64,000 nucleotides of DNA from Betaproteobacteria bacterium (lineage in GTDB: Bacteria > Pseudomonadota > Gammaproteobacteria > Burkholderiales > Usitatibacteraceae). The stretch spans positions 2,075 through 66,074 of the forward strand of contig JANNXI010000268.1 of assembly GCA_031409495.1 (NCBI GenBank). The letters are read 5' to 3'. Below, piece by piece: positions 60,243 to 64,000 of this stretch. The notes under the pieces are model-generated. The model was not told the DNA's origin. It was given only the letters and a program-made list of their open reading frames with translations, and made no database searches. The number at the start of each line of letters is the position of its first letter. Position 1 is the stretch's first letter. Both the position numbers and the translations under genes were made by a program.

Positions 60243-60594
60243 ACTGCTCGTCCATCATAAGCTTACTAGCAGAAACGATCATTGCAGCCAAAGCTGTCGC
60301 TGTGTCTTGACTTATCGTAGCGCTCTTTTTGAAGTGAACCTTGACCTTGAGGGATTCGCCAACGGATTGCGAACTTAATCCAAGGAGCAGCGCAGGGTCT
60401 TCACCGAGCCACTTACAAACTTTGCTGAAGGTTTCCAAATCTGGGATCTTGCCATTCTCAATTCGCGAAAGAGTTGCTGAACTAACTCCCACCTCAGTGG
60501 CAGCTTCCCTGATGCCTTTGCCCTCTCTTCGCATCAGAATTTTCTGGGCTAAAAGATCCATTTGGATTGAACTCATCGAACGTGTATCTTTCAT
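60232..60594 (-). CDS. XRE-family helix-turn-helix transcriptional regulator
   Basis: HTH IREAATEVGVSSATLSRIENGKIPDLETF. The start is uncertain: 60594 (MKDTRS) or 60576 (MSSIQ). The track start at 60735 is unlikely because it would run through the divergent promoter. Confidence 0.8.
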   Translation of the reverse strand: MKDTRSMSSIQMDLLAQKILMRREGKGIREAATEVGVSSATLSRIENGKIPDLETFSKVCKWLGEDPALLLGLSSQSVGESLKVKVHFKKSATISQDTATALAAMIVSASKLMMDEQFDD

Positions 60595-60608
60595 AATACA
60601 AAAAAGTG

Positions 60609-60637
60609 TTTGACATGTAAGACGATTTATTGTACAT
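60609..60637 (+). promoter_or_regulatory. near-consensus sigma-70 promoter for the Ubl operon
   Basis: TTGACA (60609-60614), a 17-nt spacer, then TACATT (60632-60637), about 80 nt upstream of ATG 60714. Confidence 0.55.
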
Positions 60638-60650
60638 TTCGTTTCACTGA

Positions 60651-60667
60651 TGAGACAGAGTGTCTCA
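60651..60667. promoter_or_regulatory. 17-bp perfect palindrome, candidate XRE operator
   Basis: TGAGACA-gag-TGTCTCA lies 14 nt downstream of the -10 hexamer, between the divergent XRE and Ubl genes. Confidence 0.5.
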
Positions 60668-60713
60668 CAGCGACGTAGTGGCGTCAATGCCACCTGCCAA
60701 AAAAGGACTAGAA

Positions 60714-60992
60714 ATGACTGCTGATTTCGAAACAAGTAAACAAGAGCATCGTAATGAAATTATCGTAATCGTTAATGGACGGCAAAAAGTAGTTTCCAAA
60801 GACACTTTCTTCTATTCAGAGATAGTGATACTCGCGTTTGAAAATGCTACTTTCAATGATACGACAGTATTTACCGTAACATTTTCTCGCGGGCATGACG
60901 CGGATAAACAAGCGGGCGTATTAGTGGCTGGCGATACGGTTAAGGTTAAGAAAGGAATGATATTTAATGTCACGTCAACTGATAAATCTTAG
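60714..60992 (+). CDS. multiubiquitin-type beta-grasp (ubiquitin-like) protein, single domain
   Basis: Start at ATG 60714 (AAGGA-containing RBS). IIVIVNGRQKVVSKDTFFYSEIVILAF...VKVKKGMIFNVTSTDKS matches the prokaryotic 'multiubiquitin' domain as I remember it (IxVNG...; C-terminal FNVTxTDKS). Confidence 0.65.
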   Translation: MTADFETSKQEHRNEIIVIVNGRQKVVSKDTFFYSEIVILAFENATFNDTTVFTVTFSRGHDADKQAGVLVAGDTVKVKKGMIFNVTSTDKS

Positions 60993-62145
60993 TCCAGATC
61001 TCAAAAGGCTATCGGACGAAGGCTACGACATAGAGATAAAAGCCGGATTTCTCTTTGTACATTCTGTCCCTTATTTGAACGCTAACCAAGAGCTTTGCAG
61101 TGGCACTTTGGTGTCAACTTTATCGCTCGCTGGCGACATTACAACAGTGCCCAGCGATCATGTAGTACATTTTATTGGCGAATATCCGCATCAAAAAGGA
61201 GGGGGCGAAATCACGCAGATAAAGCACGCGAATGAAACTAAATCTATCAGCGAAGGTACTGTAATTAACTTTTCTTTCTCCAACAAGCCGGCTGGAGGTT
61301 ACGCAAATTACCATGCAAAGATGACACGTTACATTGACATAATTACGGCCGAGGCAGAGTCAGCCTTTCCGCTGAGCCGAGTAACGGCCAAAAGTTTCAA
61401 ACCCATTGAAGGCAAGGCGGAGCACTCAGTTTTTCAATATCTTGACTCATCCTCAAGCCGCGGAGGCTTTCAGGCGAGCTCTCAAAAGCTGGTGGGGCTA
61501 AAGGTCGGAATAATCGGGTTAGGCGGAACCGGATCTTACATATTGGACTTAATTGCAAAAACGCCGATTGCTGAAATACATCTCTTCGATGATGACCATT
61601 TTCTACAACACAATGCGTTTCGATCACCTGGCGCGGCATCACTTTACGATCTCAAGGCTCAATTGATCAAGGTCGATTATTATCAAAAGGCGTATTCAAA
61701 ACTTCATAAAAATATCTTTGCACATCCCCTTAAGGTCACCGAGTCAAACGCCGCGGAAATGGCTCCCCTTGACTTCGTTTTCATTTGCGTCGATAGCGCA
61801 AGTTCAAGACAATTTTTAGTCCGCAAACTGGAAGAAATGCAGATATCGTTCATCGACGTAGGCATGGGAATAGTATCGGTGAACGATATGTTAATTGGGC
61901 AGGTGCGCACTACTATCAGCACAGCAAGCACGAGGGATAGCGCAATAAAATCGATTCCGCTCAGCGACACTGAGAACGATAATGAGTATGCCACGAACAT
62001 TCAGATTTGCGAACTAAATGCATTAAATGCGTGCATGGCAGTAATGAAATGGAAAAAGCAATACGGCTTTTATCAAGATCTCGAGAACGAGATTTGCAGC
62101 ATTTACGAGTTGAATACCAATTTGATTGTAAATTTGAACCAATGA
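60967..62145 (+). CDS. E2-like N-terminal domain fused to a ThiF/E1-type adenylyltransferase
   Basis: E1 core: VGIIGLGGTGSYILDLIAK (GxGxxG), FDDDHFLQHNAFRSP (D-x-D...N-x-x-R), DFVFICVDSASSR, FIDVGMG. The N-terminal ~150 aa carry HSVPYLNANQELCSG (HPN-like motif plus a Cys about 12 residues later). It overlaps the Ubl gene by 26 nt. Confidence 0.75.
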   Translation: MSRQLINLSPDLKRLSDEGYDIEIKAGFLFVHSVPYLNANQELCSGTLVSTLSLAGDITTVPSDHVVHFIGEYPHQKGGGEITQIKHANETKSISEGTVINFSFSNKPAGGYANYHAKMTRYIDIITAEAESAFPLSRVTAKSFKPIEGKAEHSVFQYLDSSSSRGGFQASSQKLVGLKVGIIGLGGTGSYILDLIAKTPIAEIHLFDDDHFLQHNAFRSPGAASLYDLKAQLIKVDYYQKAYSKLHKNIFAHPLKVTESNAAEMAPLDFVFICVDSASSRQFLVRKLEEMQISFIDVGMGIVSVNDMLIGQVRTTISTASTRDSAIKSIPLSDTENDNEYATNIQICELNALNACMAVMKWKKQYGFYQDLENEICSIYELNTNLIVNLNQ

Positions 62146-62606
62146 GAAAGCCAAAAAATTTACAGCACAGATTTGTGGAATTTATACCGAGCGATTTAGA
62201 CAAGGGTGTTGTATACATCTCAATCGAGTATGCAACCGCGACGCATTTATGCTGCTGCGGTTGCGGCTCCGAGGTGGTAACCCCTTTGTCGCCGACAGAC
62301 TGGGAAATAACCTTCGACGGCGCCTCTATATCTATCTCACCTTCTATTGGCAACTGGAACTTTGCCTGCAAATCACACTATTGGATTATTCGAAATTTCG
62401 TGCATTGGGCAGAGCCGTGGGAGATCCACAAGATCAAAGCAAATCGCGAGAAGGATGAGGCTAACAAAAACGCTTACTTTTTAATCAATAGCACTCAAAA
62501 AAATGGTGCTTCGCCAGACAAGCTTACGCCCAAAGCCACCCGCGCAACATGTAACTCAAAAAACACTTTTCTCGCTCGAATACGAAAATTACTCATGCTA
62601 AATTAA
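62142..62606 (+). CDS. DUF6527-like Cys-cluster protein
   Basis: Start at ATG 62142 (ATGA overlap with the E1 stop). FVEFIPSDL...YISIEYATATHLCCCGCGSEVVTPLSPTDWEI...SPSIGNWNFACKSHYWI. CxxC...CxxH spacing suggests a Zn knuckle/treble clef. The family name is from memory. Confidence 0.6.
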   Translation: MRKPKNLQHRFVEFIPSDLDKGVVYISIEYATATHLCCCGCGSEVVTPLSPTDWEITFDGASISISPSIGNWNFACKSHYWIIRNFVHWAEPWEIHKIKANREKDEANKNAYFLINSTQKNGASPDKLTPKATRATCNSKNTFLARIRKLLMLN

Positions 62607-62683
62607 GCTTATCCCCAATTTCAAATAACCGATTTGCCAATTATTTTCGGCAAGACACTTACACAACTCCTCAATATTCCAAC

Positions 62684-63583
62684 ATGAAAAAAACAACTCT
62701 TCAAATCGAAACTGGCATTGATAGCCTCGCTAAAATCACTACAAACATCGTCAAACTAGGCACCCTTATTGGTGCGTTCTTTGTAACTATGTATTGCTTA
62801 AGGATAGATCACTTTCCTCAAGATCTTTCTTTAGGCGATGGCTTGTTGCTGCTGCTGGCGGGCGGGGCGTTTGGAGCAGTGTATGTATTTTTTCTTGTCT
62901 GCCATATCGCTTTGGGGACCGCCCTTTTCCCAGTTACAAAATTCATATGTAAAGCAATTGTCGCATTGCCATTTTTACGCTTCGCGCAAAAAGAACATCT
63001 CCACCGATTCACGCCGTTTTCTTGGCAGTCGCTTCCATTTTCTTTTGTAGCAGTCCTATTGATTTATCTCATGGGAAGAAATGACCCAATCTTGTATTGG
63101 CTGTTGCCTTTGTGGGCTGTTGCGCTCCACATTTTTTATTCAGTATTTTCGTCCTGCGGAGACAAAATACGCATTCTCGAGGGCGCGCAAAACTCTATTG
63201 TGCACAACATCGTAAGAGCGCCTATCGACTGCAACCAAGACATTGAAACGCTTAAAAACACACGAATCGCTACCCTTGCAGCGATTGTGATCGCGCCACT
63301 AGTTGCGAGCGGCATCTACGGACAGATTCTTGACTCAGCCATGCGGCTTGCCAACGTCCGGTTAGAGTCGCCCACCATCTATCTGAAAGACCCTTACTTA
63401 GCGCTGCTCCCAAAAAATTTGATCACCAAGACCCAACGAATTTCAAAGGATTATGTGGCTTTTGAGGGTGCGAAGGTGTTCTTCAAGGGATTCGGAAAAA
63501 CGACAATTATCAGCTTTGCTGACGGAATGGTTCGGCGGCAGCTTGAAATCCCCAACGACCAGATCATCGTCGAGAATCGATAG
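62684..63583 (+). CDS. 5-TM membrane protein with a ~85-aa soluble C-terminus (candidate effector)
   Basis: Hydrophobic helices (LGTLIGAFFVTMYCL, LLLLLAGGAFGAVYVFFLVCHIALG, FSFVAVLLIYLMG, LYWLLPLWAVALHIFYSVF, IATLAAIVIAPLVASGIY). Last gene of the islet. No recognisable family. Confidence 0.6.
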   Translation: MKKTTLQIETGIDSLAKITTNIVKLGTLIGAFFVTMYCLRIDHFPQDLSLGDGLLLLLAGGAFGAVYVFFLVCHIALGTALFPVTKFICKAIVALPFLRFAQKEHLHRFTPFSWQSLPFSFVAVLLIYLMGRNDPILYWLLPLWAVALHIFYSVFSSCGDKIRILEGAQNSIVHNIVRAPIDCNQDIETLKNTRIATLAAIVIAPLVASGIYGQILDSAMRLANVRLESPTIYLKDPYLALLPKNLITKTQRISKDYVAFEGAKVFFKGFGKTTIISFADGMVRRQLEIPNDQIIVENR

Positions 63584-63586
63584 CCA

Positions 63587-63969
63587 CCCACACCGAAAAG
63601 CGCGCGTTAACGTCATCCTAGATATGGTCGGCGGTTCATACATTGAAAAAAGACCTACGCAATTTAGCGCTAGAAGGCCGCTATTGCTTCATCGCTTTTT
63701 TGCAAGGCGGCAGCGCCCAAATTGATTTCCGCCCCCTAATGATGAAACGCCAAACCATCACCGGATCAACCTTGCGCGCACGGCCTGATGCGCACAAGGC
63801 AGCGATTGCTGACGCGTTAAAATTGCAGGTGTGGCCGCTAATTGAAGCAGGTAAAATAAAGCCGACGATACACGCGACTTTTCCACTCGCTGAGGTCGCG
63901 AAGGCACATGCATTGATGGAATCATCGGCTCATATTGGCAAGATTATGTTGCTTGTGGGCGGCGAGTAG
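63587..63969 (+). pseudogene. displaced 3' fragment of qor (right direct repeat)
   Basis: It aligns to 59224-59609 at a constant offset of 4363. The 5' ~70 nt carry many substitutions plus a 1-nt deletion and a 1-nt insertion that create an in-frame stop. The remainder encodes the Qor C-terminus (...HALMESSAHIGKIMLLVGGE*). Track ORFs 63453-63725 and 63643-63969 are fragments of it. Confidence 0.85.
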
Positions 63970-63982
63970 CGTAATTTTAGTG

Positions 63983-64000
63983 CCTGAAGATGCCCTATTT
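63983..64000. repeat. REP-like palindrome (family copy 6), left arm only; cut by the window edge
   Basis: CCTGAAGATGCCCTATTT, 14 nt after the stop of the qor remnant. Confidence 0.7.

Larger units (their letters stand above)
59610..63586. mobile_element. roughly 4-kb AT-rich genomic islet inserted at the 3' end of qor, bounded by ~0.38-kb direct repeats of the qor 3' end; no recombinase gene inside
   Basis: Direct repeats 59224-59609 and 63587-63969, with a 185-bp core (59340-59524 vs 63703-63887) carrying one mismatch. The interior is visibly AT-richer than the flanks. The six-gene cargo is unrelated to its neighbours. A host-type REP element follows the right repeat. Confidence 0.6.

Noticed and set aside
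59610-63586. Calling the islet a prophage, ICE, transposon or integron cassette.
   Set aside because: I could not see any integrase, transposase, terminal inverted repeats, attC-like site or phage structural genes. I describe it only as an integrated islet with direct repeats.
63453-63969. Track ORFs 63453-63725 (90 aa) and 63643-63969 (108 aa) as independent genes.
   Set aside because: Both are reading-frame fragments of the displaced qor 3' copy, split by the two indels.

Overview
This is a 64-kb chromosomal segment from a Gram-negative proteobacterium with medium GC. The aotJQMOP-argR and AST arginine genes sit in Pseudomonas-like order. I found no rRNA, tRNA, CRISPR array, transposase or integrase by eye. 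All domain calls come from reading the translations and remembering family signatures; nothing was searched. Contents in order: (1) a partial sensor kinase with an OmpR-type regulator, then flavodoxin-like, pirin and LysR genes. (2) A 1048-aa exported VIT-vWA-TPR-DUF2135-like protein with an ECF sigma/anti-sigma pair and an ATPase-less MacB-type permease. (3) A LytS/LytTR two-component system with an exported partner. (4) At 14.8-29.1 kb, an eight-gene plus-strand operon, largely translationally coupled, with 24 CXXCH haem motifs plus one CX4CH. It encodes a bis-His membrane protein, an FHA-anchored decahaem, a tandem DUF336 lipoprotein, an outer-membrane barrel, a decahaem-LVIVD propeller, a c554-like cytochrome and a flavo-FeS protein with two cNMP domains. 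I read it as a candidate trans-envelope electron conduit of unrecognised type. (5) Two TPR genes. (6) A 122-bp x2 tandem duplication upstream of a DUF3034-like gene and a signal-peptide-bearing truncated globin. (7) A second ECF sigma with a ChrR-like cupin partner. (8) The AST operon and aot-argR operon, extended by two exported S51 (cyanophycinase-like) peptidases flanking a TonB-dependent receptor, with ArgR-type TGTCGC boxes. (9) A SWIM-SNF2 helicase. (10) A qor gene whose 3' end is duplicated around a roughly 4-kb AT-rich islet. The islet carries an XRE/ImmA pair and a ubiquitin-like cassette: a multiubiquitin-type beta-grasp protein, an E2-like/ThiF-E1 fusion, a Cys-cluster DUF6527-like protein and a 5-TM protein. 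A conserved palindromic REP/terminator element (CCTGAAGAYGCCCT..AGGGCRTCTTCAGG) recurs six times. The top candidates for an undescribed system are the Ubl islet (59.6-63.6 kb) and the multihaem operon (14.8-29.1 kb).
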